DNA of 62,748 nt, the filler included, from Diploschistes diacapsis (taxonomy: Eukaryota): NCBI GenBank assembly GCA_023645945.1. It is 7 parts of 7 records of this genome, joined end to end, with 100 filler letters (N's around TTAATTAATTAA, not from the genome) between each part and the next. Parts side by side here need not be neighbours in the genome. Positions count along the whole stretch, not along the records: positions 45,637 to 51,281 come from JALAIB010001506.1; positions 51,382 to 57,015 come from JALAIB010001507.1; positions 57,116 to 62,748 come from JALAIB010001508.1; 4 more parts are not named here. The stretch is one strand, 5' to 3'. The notes under the pieces are model-generated. The model was not told where the DNA came from, made no database searches, and saw only the letters and a program-made list of their open reading frames with translations. The translations under genes and the position numbers were made by a program. How positions within the stretch are numbered: position 1 is the first letter of the stretch; the number at the start of each line of letters is the position of its first letter. Below, in pieces: positions 49,657 through 60,818 of the stretch.

Positions 49657-50740
49657 ATGAAGATTCTCACGAAAGAGGAAGAGCAGGCACATTACAAGTA
49701 GCGCCCACCAAACTCCATTCCATCATCGGCATACTGACGCCGTACGCAGTGCGACCCTCAAAGGTGGGCTCATCGGAGGCGCCATAGGCCTTGCAGCCGG
49801 CGGTCTCGGCGTCTTCGCCGGCGCCAAACGATTCCCCCTCATCAACCACCTCACGCTGCCGATGAAAGCCTTCCTAGTCACGAGCGCCGGGACATTTGCC
49901 GGTGAGTCGAGTTCCAGCTTCCCTTCCCCCGCCCTAGTTTCCATGGCCCCGCTTCACTCCATATAATGGGCGAAAAAAATTATTGCACGGGCAACACTCA
50001 CTTCCTCATCCGCCCAGCCATCACCTCCGCCGACTCCTACTCCCGCTCCTTCGAAAGCTCGCGGCACCCGGAAGAAAAGTACAAAGACGCGGCGGAGCGC
50101 ACGCGCGAGCAGATCGCGGCCTCCAAGTCCTCGACGCAGCGGCTGATGGACTGGGGCCGCCAGAACCGATACAGCATCGTGGGCGGCAGCTGGGTGGCTT
50201 CCATGGGCATCGCGCTGGGGATGGTCAGCCGCAACAAGTACCTGACGGGCGCGCAGAAGCTGGTGCAGGCGCGTGTGTACGCGCAGGGGCTGACGGTCGC
50301 GGTGCTGGTCATCACGGCGGCCTTCGAGATTACGGCCAGCAACAAGGGGGAGGGCAGGTATGAGACGGTCAAGGTGCTGGATCCAGAGGATCCGACGCAT
50401 CAGCGGTTGATCGAGAAGAGGGTGCATCATGAGAGCTATCAGGGGGAGGATCAGTGGAGGGGTGAGCGTGACTTCTTTCCCTTTCTTGTTGGTTGCTGGG
50501 CTTTGGGGTGCAGCGGATGCTGCGCGTTGGGACTCAAGCTGACGAACATGCGTGGCAGATATGGTTGCGGCAGAGGAGCACAAGATGAAGGAGCGGCAGC
50601 AACATATCGAGGAGATGGAGGACAAGCACCACAAGCAGCACGAGAAGCACGAGAAGCACGAGAAGCATGAGAAGAACGAAAAGAGCGAAAAGAAAGACCA
50701 GGACAGCAAGGACCACAAAACGCACACGACCAGCGGCTAG
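49657..50740 (+). CDS. RCF2: Respiratory supercomplex factor 2 (HIG1-domain protein)
   Basis: MKILTKEEEQAHY/NATLKGGLIGG...LTLPMKAFLVTS; NRYSIVGGSWVASM, YLTGAQKLVQARVYAQGLT and HHESYQGEDQWR/DMVAAEE. Three introns. Confidence 0.92.
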
Positions 50741-51281
50741 CCGAGGCCGAGTACACTACCTTAAGCGAGGGGGTTGGAAACAGCAGTCCGCCACATTCAA
50801 GGCGTCAAGGAGGCCAGCAGCACTTCTGAAATCCTCGCGCCAGTCCAGGGGTGCTCTAGCAACGTTCAGCGGACATGCAACTCGTTGTGGGGACCGGGGG
50901 GGTGGGGTTGCGCCGTTCGATCACGGGCATGGGAGACAGAAAGGCCAGAGATGAGAATAAGTACGAGCCTTGAAATTGGATGGACATCTTGTCGATAATG
51001 TACATACGTATTGAATCCGAGGGGAAGGCGATTTTTTCCGCATCAATGCAAGGCTGAATCTTACATATACGCAGGCAAGCAAGCGCGGATCCGATAACCT
51101 CGTTGGCCCCTTTTTCTTTTTCCTTTTTTTTTTTGGCAGAGGAAGCCCAAGCATGTCCAAATCCACCTCTCTCTCTCTCTCTCTCCTCTTCCTTAATCCA
51201 AAGCCGATAACCCCATCCCTACCTTCACACACACAAAACCGGGACACGTCAACAGCACGAACAAAATCCCATCCCATCCAT

Positions 51282-51381
51282 NNNNNNNNNNNNNNNNNNN
51301 NNNNNNNNNNNNNNNNNNNNNNNNNTTAATTAATTAANNNNNNNNNNNNNNNNNNNNNNNNNNNNNNNNNNNNNNNNNNNN
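51282..51381. other. Artificial contig spacer
   Basis: 44N-TTAATTAATTAA-44N. Confidence 0.98.
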
Positions 51382-53150
51382 GGTTTGTTCGGAAGGGGGA
51401 GGGAAGTGAGGATAGGAAGGTATAGTCTGGTAGAGTATGGGATGATGTGTCCGCAGGGGATCTGTTGGGCATGATAGACATGGATGGTAAGGCTTGCAAG
51501 ACATTGATGGGCGAGCTGGTACTGTATTGTTTGCTTGTTTTCTTTTCTTCATATCTTTGTCTTCTATCTACTCTGCCTCCTACTTGCGTTCTGTCCAATT
51601 TGATTTCATTTCTATTCGCTTACTTACCTACTGTTCTTGCTATATATGGTACTTCCTTACCACTTGCTTCCCAGGTGCGTTTTCATAAGACTTGCTTTCC
51701 TCCATACCTGCTTTTCTTCCTATTTCCTTTAACCTTACTTACCCTCCAAGGACATGAGAGTACAAGAGTATACGGGCTTCAGAGCCCAACGGCACATATA
51801 AGGCTCCAGGGTAATCGAAGGGCTCCAGGGCAATTCAAGGGGTCAAGAGCACATAGGCCGACCGCATGGGAATAGTCTTTGTAAAGATGCCAGGAATGGG
51901 GGTTGAGAATGCCTTTCCAGATAGATGGCAGATGCTAACTGAATAGGTAGCGGGTAGATGCTACCGGATGTAGTATCCTTGATATGCCAAATTACTTAGT
52001 GGAGCAGAAGCAGGCGGGCAATCATAGAAGAATCCAGTTTGTTGATTAAAAGGGTTGGTCTCTAGCTTCACAATCCAAACTCACCTCACCCTATTGCCCG
52101 ATTACATAAATCGGTTAGCTTCGATATCAATCCATGGAAGTTTCCGTTCGACACGCTTGTACCAAGTACAATAGTTCAAGCCCACTTTGTCACAAATTCA
52201 TGACTATCACAACGGCATAACAACCTGACCCACTACATTAGCGCCCCATCTTGGGAGAAGGTAGTTGATTCCTAGAAAAGACATGACGAACTTCGTACAG
52301 CTGGTCAAGGCCGAAGTGCTGGAGCTACCGAAGGAGGATTCCAAGACGGTAACAGGAGGTTTGTTGGAGAAGAGGGCCCATGGGGGGGGAGGTTCTGCAC
52401 AAGGTATTTAGCAATGATCACTGCACAGCGGCTGCTTGCGGCTGCTGTTGGACAACTTTTGCGTAGAGGAAGCGACTAGATGCAAGGTATTTCGCTTGCG
52501 TTCGAGCTTACCACAACCATCAACCTCTTACCACGAGCTCTATTTTCCCATCTCATTCCCTGGAGATATTGACCGCCAAACTTTGCTAAAATACCCTACT
52601 CCCGAGATAAAGTCTGATGTAGCTAGAAACGATAGGCTGATTTAGGATAGATAGGTTGAATGTGTGTATTACTACATTCTCACCGAATCAGAACTTGAGA
52701 ACTCACGAAAGGCAAAAACGGCCTGTCGAAATGACGGTACAAAGGGACAATTGAAATTGACAGTAACACATTCGAAATTGCCTCGGACTCTATGGACAAA
52801 TGAGAGAGAAAGTATTGTGTACCATCCGTACCCCAGCTTCGGGGCTACGAATGGAGCTGAATCCAAGGAGCTCAAAAGAATGCTTCGCAGATTTTTGAGA
52901 TTGATTCTATAGAAAGCATCGAAGAGAGAAATTTCGTGAAAAGATCGAATGCGAGCCCGTGACAAGACTTCGGCGAAACTTTGGGAGAAGATCAAGAATG
53001 AAGCTTGAGACTGCACGAGACTTTAAAGTGTACTTAGCCATCTAAAGCGAACCGAAACCGTTTGGCAAGGAACGATGAAAGATGAAATCGAATATTCAAC
53101 CAAAGTTGCATAATTAAAGGTATACTACCTGAAATTCATAGAAGCGCCTG

Positions 53151-54059
53151 CTAAACCAACTCGCCTTTGGTATCTTCCTCCTCTTCACCAGTCGCTTCGT
53201 TTATATACCTACCCTCTTTCCACCCATTTGCCCTCCTCCGCTTCCCACTACGTTCATCCCAGTCCCACCCCTCCTTCATCCACATCCATTTCAAGTACGC
53301 CCTCAGCTTTTTATCGGCGGGCAAGACGCGTTTCCATTCCGGCTCAAACCCCTCGTCCGCCCCTTTACCTAGCCAATCCGTTGCCAGGCCCCTTAGCTGA
53401 TCGCGGTAGAAGATGCGAAAGCTGTCCAGGGCGTACGGTCCGACGCCGGGCAGATGCGCAATCTCCCATCCTTGGTCCCCGACTTCGTCCTCGAAGTTCT
53501 GCACAGGGTAGCCCTTCCTCACATAGCGCTTTGCCTCACAGGGAGGCTCATCGCACCAGCGCTGTCCAAGCGCGATGCAGCGTGCAGCACGGATGTTGTG
53601 CAGACCAATGGGCTGCAAAGCAGCTGTCAGGACGGGAAGTGAGGCGAGCGCAAGATCTGCGGGCAAAGGGTACTCCAGGACCAGTCGTTCGAAGACGGGC
53701 CGGGCTTGTTTCCCAGTTGTCTGGTTCCAAAGCATCGCCTGGAGGACGAGGAAGTATAGGTTGCCTGCGATACGCTCTTGAATCAGTCCGAAGGTCGGAG
53801 CGGAGAGAGGAGGGGTAGGGCGCAGGGAGGGCTTCAGGTGTGTAGCGGGGTGCTGGGCGGTCCTTTGGGACCGTTGCACGGCCCCAGCGGCCACTCCGCG
53901 ACGCCTTTTCGGCTCTTCCGCTATAGAAGCTGTGGCCTTTTGGCGGATAGTAGCTTTCTTAACGCCAACAATATTTGAAGAAGACAAGCCAGAGGTCATC
54001 GAACGGGTGATTCGTTGTGTCTCCTGCACAGGAACAATTTTCCCCGGACCTGCATCCAT
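53151..54059 (-). CDS. MBD4-like HhH-GPD DNA glycosylase (no methyl-binding domain)
   Basis: FGLIQERI, AMLWNQTTG.QARPV, LQPIGLHNIRA, helix-hairpin-helix IAHLPGVGPYALDSFRIF and EWKRVLPADKKLRAYLKW. Intronless ORF; the first ATG is at 54059. Confidence 0.88.
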   Translation of the reverse strand: MDAGPGKIVPVQETQRITRSMTSGLSSSNIVGVKKATIRQKATASIAEEPKRRRGVAAGAVQRSQRTAQHPATHLKPSLRPTPPLSAPTFGLIQERIAGNLYFLVLQAMLWNQTTGKQARPVFERLVLEYPLPADLALASLPVLTAALQPIGLHNIRAARCIALGQRWCDEPPCEAKRYVRKGYPVQNFEDEVGDQGWEIAHLPGVGPYALDSFRIFYRDQLRGLATDWLGKGADEGFEPEWKRVLPADKKLRAYLKWMWMKEGWDWDERSGKRRRANGWKEGRYINEATGEEEEDTKGELV

Positions 54060-55119
54060 CGAACCCAAGCAAAACAAGCTTAAAGCAAATAGATCTATAC
54101 ATATACACCTGAACTGCCGCCACTATTCTATAGATCGTTCAACATTTCGAGCAACCCAAACCGCAAAGGTAAGGGATACCGATCGTTTTATAAGGTGCGT
54201 CAAGTTAGGAAGCTCGGTTACCTGGTGGGGGAAATTGTGGAGATTTGCGCGTCAAGGTTATCATAATTAAGGATTCTTTTAGCCCCCGGAATCACGAGCC
54301 TCTATCGATCAATCGCTCAGGCGCTAAAGCTTAGGATAGCAATGTTTCTTCTAAGAAGAAGCGAGATACGAAGTACTGCCGGCGGCTCGTAAGAACTCGG
54401 TACAGACGGCAAAAGACTTCCCGGCCAGGCTTCATAAGCTGAGAAGATGTCGATGAACAATCTTTAATGGGGGACGACATCTTTCTGGCTTAGTATGTCG
54501 CCGAGTTAGAAAGAGAATCAAACCAAACGTCAAGTTTTCAATATAAGGCTATGACTTTATTAATCCTCGAGCCTTTATCTCATCCATGAAACCCTTTCAG
54601 CCATCCATAACTTTATACCGCCCCGTGCTTAAGCTCTGTCAAAACAAGATCTTAAAAATAAATACAAAATTATACATCCGTGAAGATGGGCTTTATCAAG
54701 GGCAATCTTATCTTAGCCTTAAACCGACCGCAATACATTTCACCCATTGCCTCTCCGTAAGCTGCAGACAGACGAGACTATAACCACCGCTAAAACAGCC
54801 TGTGTTGGCTTGAAAAGGATTTACTATTGTTCCGGTTCCTGATCTCAGGGGCCCAGCAAAAGATCCTTACGTCTTCACCAGCGAGATGGATCGCGCTCCC
54901 TACTCTTTCGGCCGCAGGAATAGAGGACAATGCAATTGGTCGTTATACGGATCCGGCGTTCTCGATCCTAGGCAAATTTCTTGTCGAAAGCGTTGATGGA
55001 CTCAACGCATTCAATATCTAGGATCGTCAGATTTATAAGAGCGGAAAGAAAGGATCTCGGAGCTTCTATTTGGCTGGACTTAAATATACGAGTGACGGAC
55101 TAGATAAATGGACCTAAAG

Positions 55120-55235
55120 TGTAACCTTAGAACTAGATGCCCGTATGCGGCCGATGCCCATGCTTTAATAACCGGCCAGCCATGCTCTCTAACGTGTTTC
55201 ACCACATAACGGGCTACACCACAAAGCGGGTTACA
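55120..55235 (-). mobile_element. Short putative 3' LTR (TGTAAC...GTTACA) preceded on the minus strand by a purine tract
   Basis: 116-nt segment with 6-bp inverted termini. The minus-strand sequence GAAGGTGCAGGGA-T lies immediately 5' of it, downstream of the pol remnant. Confidence 0.45.
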
Positions 55236-55391
55236 ATCCCTGCACCTTCGTAAAATGTATTTTTTAATATTTCCACCTTTCGTACGATAACATTCTTTTA
55301 TTATAAATATTCAAGAAGGTCGAATCGTTTTGGTATTATATGCTTTATAATCTAAAGAATGTAAATCCGTATTATAAGCTAATAGACGATA

Positions 55392-55779
55392 CGTAGAACG
55401 CCCCTACAGGAATACTACACAACCAGGGGCTGAGCCTAATCTGGAAGGATCATGTGTAGCTGCAATCTGTAGGCTGAATGGTTCAGATTCGAAAAGGTGA
55501 AGAAGGAATTATCTAGGTGGGAAGAGGGCACATATAAATAGTCTGGGTGCCAGCCCTACCGCCCTACGGGGTTCAACCCTGGAACCCACAAACGTTCAGG
55601 ATGTTCCACACTAACAGATAGCTGTTTAGGCAGATCTGTCCCTGACAGATGTCTGTCGCTGAATATGTGTCAGTCACGTGACCTAGCGTCCGTGGTTGGC
55701 TATATACAAGGAATGGTTGGGAAGTGCCCGACTAACTGTGACGTGCCAGGTTACTACGCCAGTACCCTGGATCATAACA
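55392..55779 (-). mobile_element. GC-normal LTR-like insert interrupting the RIP-mutated element
   Basis: Starts TGTTATGATCC on the minus strand directly after the chromodomain codons. Composition contrasts sharply with the AT-rich flanks on both sides. No target-site duplication found. Confidence 0.4.
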
Positions 55780-56410
55780 TCGTTATACTTTTGTTCGAAT
55801 TCGGCCATTCGGTTTATTAAATATTTTTGTAATTCTCGATCCGTGATCTACATGTTATCGATAACGTCGTATTTTAATTATCGTATTAAATACTAAATAT
55901 TCCATCCGCGTCCTTTACGTATGCGGCGTTTAATAAGTAGTCGTTTTATCTCGTACTCTTCCTCGATTTTTATTATTATAAATAACGGCGGCAAAGATCG
56001 TCGGCGGTAAAGATCGTTAATTAGATTTAACATCGACTTGAAATATGCGATATTAATAACATCGTAAATATAATAATTATTCTTTAACTATAATTTATAA
56101 ATTAATTAACCAATACTTATTAAGATCTTAATGGGTTTAATAATCTAAATAAAAAGCTTGATATTAATAGCGGTAGATCGCTTATATCCCCGATATAAAT
56201 ATAATATAATATAGTCTTTAACTTTTATAAAATAGGTTTTATAACGTTTATCGTAAGTTTCTTTTATAAGAATCTCAGCCATAATTAACGCGTTTTTAAT
56301 ATCTATTATTTCTAAACGTGGTCTAATTAACTTAATAATCTCACGACGTTTATATTGTCGCTTTCGTAATCGTGTATCTTAGGTTCGTAGGGTTAATATA
56401 ATATCGCGAG
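55780..56410 (-). mobile_element. RIP-mutated Ty3/Gypsy (chromovirus) pol remnant: integrase C-terminus and chromodomain
   Basis: Minus-strand translation KETYDKRYK..VKDYIILYLYRGYK...IYDVINIAYFK...DLYRRRSLPP...EEEYEIKRLLIKRRIRKGRGWNI*YLIR*LKY matches the fungal chromovirus pattern YYD.RH..VGD.V.LRLHRGY...IH.VISIAHLE...EEEYEIERLL.KRR.RRGRG...QYLVRW.GY. Changes (H>Y, W/Q>stop, G>K/E) fit C>T and G>A transitions, and the region is TpA-rich. Confidence 0.85.
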
Positions 56411-56660
56411 CCTAAAATCTAGGTGTCAGATCATCGACAGATGTTTGATCCTATCTGTTTATATTTAGGTCAGGTATGACTACTGGCGTTAATATCCTTT
56501 TTAAAAGATGCCCTCTATTATTCGGATTATTTTGATTGATATATATATCTCGTGTATTTCGTAAAATGCCATTTCCATCGGACCTAAGTGTCTCGATTAG
56601 AGATATATATCTCTTTTTAACTCTTCATCACGAAAAGTTATTCAAGCAAAAAAAAATTTC

Positions 56661-56763
56661 TGGCGAAAGTGCCTGTTTCGCGGGTTTCGCCCATTTCGCC
56701 AGCTTTCGCCAAAATGTTTGGCGAAACTGGCGAAACCTGGCGAAACCGGCGAAGATGGCGAGG
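56661..56763. repeat. Inverted array of TTTCGCC/GGCGAAA heptamers forming a long hairpin
   Basis: Four TTTCGC(C/G) copies followed by four to five GGCGAA copies, centred near 56715. Confidence 0.85.
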
Positions 56764-57015
56764 CCAATCATTTTTATTACGTAATCAAAAAATAAAAAAG
56801 CATTTTTTTAATATTTTAAAAAAAATATTTTTTCGAAAAAAATATGAAAAAATCCGCTAATTTAGCGCCGGATAACTAGCGTTAAAAACTCGCTAAAGCT
56901 CTCACGCCGCCAATATCCACGCTTACGTAATATAAAATACGCCATTCTTAATATTTTCGCGACAATATATGGAACCTGTTTAACCCCGTTAAATCCGATA
57001 CCATTAATACTAATT

Positions 57016-57115
57016 NNNNNNNNNNNNNNNNNNNNNNNNNNNNNNNNNNNNNNNNNNNNTTAATTAATTAANNNNNNNNNNNNNNNNNNNNNNNNNNNNN
57101 NNNNNNNNNNNNNNN
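57016..57115. other. Artificial contig spacer
   Basis: 44N-TTAATTAATTAA-44N. Confidence 0.98.
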
Positions 57116-57670
57116 GGGCTGGATGAGAGGGCGAGGCAGCGGAAGGACAAGGGGAGGGGGCTGGGGTTTTAGAGTGATGGGAGGTTGATTGATGTGGGTG
57201 TTGTTGTAATATGCGGTTGATCATGAATAAAGAACTAGGAATTGGTGCTGTAAAATACAACTGATTTACCTTGAGCGTGAGCTATGCGTGTCTTCTGGAT
57301 GGATGCTACTCGCTGGCAAGTGGAGAATGTAGGTCTGTATTTGTGAACAGATAATAAATCTAAGGTAAAGCCCATGGCAGATCACTTTTCCTCTCTGTAG
57401 TAGTGTTCTAGTGCCATTCTCACCTCAATGGGCCTCAATCCTGCAGCATACCATGTCACAAACAATCCAAACCACAAGAAAGGGGCCAAGCACTTTCCCA
57501 AAGTCGTTAGAACCCCCCATGCTTCCTTGCTACCAGCTCGGTAAAACTATTTACCCGTCCAGTCTACCTCCCAACGTCCTGAGTAATGCCAACGGCATCC
57601 ATCAGACATCATCCCATAGCATCCCCAAAGCAAGGACCTTGACCGCCAGCAGGAAGTTATAGCGTTCAAG

Positions 57671-58347
57671 ATGTTCTGTCTCCGCAGGTACGCTTCATCT
57701 CTTTCTCCGCTATCGTGTTTGATGTACCTGAAATGCTAATACCAAGATTACGCAACCAGCTGGCTCCCCCTCCTCTTCATCCCGACAAATGCTTCGCCGC
57801 TGTAAACCTTCCCACCCTTCCCTCCATCCGAAATCCTCCATCCCCTCCTTGCACTTTCATCTCCACAACTCCCTCGCTAACTCCTCTCTCTCCTCCTCCC
57901 AGCTTCGTAATAACCTTCTTCTTCCTGACCTACTACCTCAACCGGCCCTGCGTCTACTGCTCCATCCTGCTCCTCATCCTCTTCCTCTCCTCCTGCTCCT
58001 GGTCCGACCAGTGCTTCTTCGACTTCTCCCTTTCCGCCGCGTCGAACTGGTTCGAGCCCCGTCACCTCTCGTCAACGCTGCCGAATCCGCTGCCGCTGTC
58101 AAGGGCGAGCGTTAGCACAAGCTCTGCCTCTGGTAGGATTACTGGGGGGAGTGGAGGCGGAAGTGGAATAGTGGGACAAGAGGAGGCGGAGTTTGTGGTG
58201 AGTGTTGTTAACGAGACGTTGAAGGGGATGGGGAAGGCGGTGGGGGAGGAGGTCAGGAAGAGTGGGATTGGCATGGGGTGGGTGAGGAGTTGGTTAGGGG
58301 GAAGGGAGTGGAGGGTGCCATGCTTGGATGTTAATGTAAGGCTCTAG
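57671..58347 (+). CDS. BC10/BLCAP-like small membrane protein
   Basis: Exons 57671-57687, 57760-57801 and 57903-58347 give MFCLRSWLPLLFIPTNASPLFVITFFFLTYYLNRPCVYCSILLLILFLSSC. This resembles the BC10 pattern M.CL.W.LP.L.IP...PC..C. Confidence 0.8.
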
Positions 58348-59364
58348 GCACGGGGATTAGAGGGCGCATGGGTTATGGGATATGGCATTTGCATTGGTGT
58401 TGAGCGTTACGAAAGTAGCATTAGTTGCGGGTTTTTGAGTCTATGGAGGGATTGGCGATACCCTTTGTGATATGAACTTCGGTGGAGATTGTCAACACGT
58501 CGTGAATGTTGGAAGTTGTTAATATGCTTCCTCCCTTGCTTTACTTGGATCTATACGTCTTGCTTTGACTTGCAAACGGTCGTGCGGCGTTGATCTTGTC
58601 CAGATGTGAGTGATATTTTAACAATATCCTCGAAAATCCGCTAGTTTGGGGTTCAATACTAACCAACCTTTGTCCAAAGCCGCTTTTACACTCGGCCCTA
58701 GCAGGAGCTTGGAACCTATCGCGCCAAGGACCCTCACGTTGAGGCACACAATTCTCGTGAGGAGAAGGGAGTCTGCTCAATCTCTGGCTTGGTCTTAGTA
58801 TGCTCTGCCTGGGGCCTGTTACAGAGGACCGTTGTCCTGACCAGGCGAGCTTTGAGTGTGCTCGCTGCACCTGAACCATGTTGCTTGTCCCTCAAGGGGT
58901 TTAGTCTGAAGCCGAGAAGGGCCAGCTTCAAGACCTCTGCGCGTGGTTTAATGGTGCTTCATAGTTGAAATTTTATGCAGGCTTTCCCTCGGAGATTATC
59001 GATTCATGTGTCTTGCAACAACACTTGGGAGTGTTTCAAGATTGCTTGACTGATTACGATTCACTTGGAAGTTTAACTTTGGTTTCTGTCTCCCGAAGAT
59101 AAAACTCCACGTTTGTCGTTGCTTGTTGCTCGGTCTTATATTTGGCTAGAGATGAAGTTCTCGCCACATGTTAACTCGTTTGGATACCATTAGCTCGATA
59201 AGGACCTCGGGTCAACGGGGTTTTCAATATTTTACTTCTAAGGCGCCTCTCTCCTACGTGCTGACTTCTCCAATCGACTCTGAGAGTTTTGTCTTGAGAT
59301 ATGACTCAAGCACTCTGCCCTCTAACCAACCTACTTGCTGAGTTCTTCCATTGGTGTGCTCTGC

Positions 59365-59858
59365 ATGTGGCTTGAGGTCTGCACGTTCAACTAGCTACTA
59401 CACTCTTTTGAAAAGACAGAAAGGTGCAAGGGGATCAATGGTGTACACAATGGATTCTACTGAAAAAGGATGTTCACGCATTACATGACAATTACTCTTT
59501 GTCTGTCGATCCAGACGTACGTATACGTATCTGATATGATAGATTATAGTGACTAATCTCTTCTTAGAACGATTACAAAATCGTTTCGTTCTTGGCAGAT
59601 CAAGCTTATCAATGGGCTGGCAAACGAGTACATCGGGAATGGCTGGACAATCCATTACCCACGGATGATCTTCTTCGCTGGCATTTTAGGCAGGCCGTTT
59701 TAACGAACACAAAGGGATATGGAGTAGTGACAGATTTTGAATTTCAGTTTCTACCAGGTACTGTCGTGATGGCAGTAATAAGAAAGAGCTTGGATGCGGC
59801 AGAGTGGATGGAGTTCGAGCTCTATCAGCGTTTAGCTACCCAAGGAGAGGTATTCTAA
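59365..59858 (+). pseudogene. Fungal HNH_2 endonuclease-domain gene remnant
   Basis: INGVHNG/(frameshift)ILLKKDVHALHDNYSLSVDPD/intron/NDYKIVSF...DDLLRWHFRQAVLTN.KGYG...FQFLPG..VM..I.....AAEWMEFELYQRL. The upstream part is decayed. Confidence 0.7.
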
Positions 59859-60287
59859 TACTTAGTTGCTGGTCGCTCTTGGAATGCAGGCCGTTACTGA
59901 TCTGCACCAACGTCTGCAGGCTTTAGCTGAAACCTTCACTCATAGCTCCTACTAATAGAATCTGAGATCATGTTCAAGTCTTGCTCCTGCTGACTTCTGG
60001 CTGATGGCCATCTCTAAAGACTCAGAGCTGAACACCAAACTTCTAAAAATTCCTCTAAATATTAACACCGCATCACTTTCTACTGATATCAAACCTCATA
60101 AGATGTTGATTTCCATTGATAGGCAGGCCGTCACAGGAACTTAACTATTTTTGGTCTAATACCCATGACGTCATTATCTCTGACTGAGTATCTATTTCCT
60201 GGGTCGGACTGGAAGAAATTCCATTACCTAGTCTATCTCTCATCCTCATAATCCGTCACCGTCGCCATCACCATCCACGACGCTAAA

Positions 60288-60818
60288 ATGTTCGGAGAAC
60301 GTAAGTCGAGAAGCTATTCGGCCCTTCTATAGGAAGTTCTCTTATTGATTCACGTGGTAGCTGCTGATCAACCAAGTGAGGAGGAGATCAAGGTACGTTA
60401 GCTAGCAAGAAAATCCTTCCAATATCCAGAAGATTCCCTTGCCCCCTTGCGCCCAAGCGCATAGCTCGGTTCGTGGCTATTTCAAACGCGGCTTGTTGCT
60501 TGAGCCCTACCACAAAGAGTATTTTCGGTTTGAAAGGAAGGATTGTCAGTCAATGGTGGAAAGTTTTCTACCTATTCTACACTCTGGCGCGAATTGAAGC
60601 GAGATGAGGACACACCTTTGGGCTAGTACCTGACCGAAGGACAGGCTCAAGAAGAGGCTGCACAGTCCACGATTCAGCAAGTCTTGCTTGGAAGCTTGGT
60701 TCTCTATATTTGTAAGTATCTACCACTCTGCCGGTTGAACCTCTTTTCCGTCTGTGGAAGTACGCCGCTAAGTATTGTAGCACCGTTCGCCTTCGACTAC
60801 GTGAGGAAGCTGTTTTGA
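60288..60818 (+). CDS. TOM5: Mitochondrial outer membrane translocase subunit Tom5 (49 aa, four exons; absent from the ORF track)
   Basis: Exons 60288-60300, 60361-60392, 60645-60711 and 60781-60818 splice to MFGEPADQPSEEEIKAQEEAAQSTIQQVLLGSLVLYISPFAFDYVRKLF*. All introns are GT..AG. Confidence 0.9.

Noticed and set aside
52260..53030. Short plus-strand ORF fragments near the MBD4-like gene (also 43900-44960 and 15000-16100)
   Set aside because: May be decayed genes, but I could not assemble or identify them.
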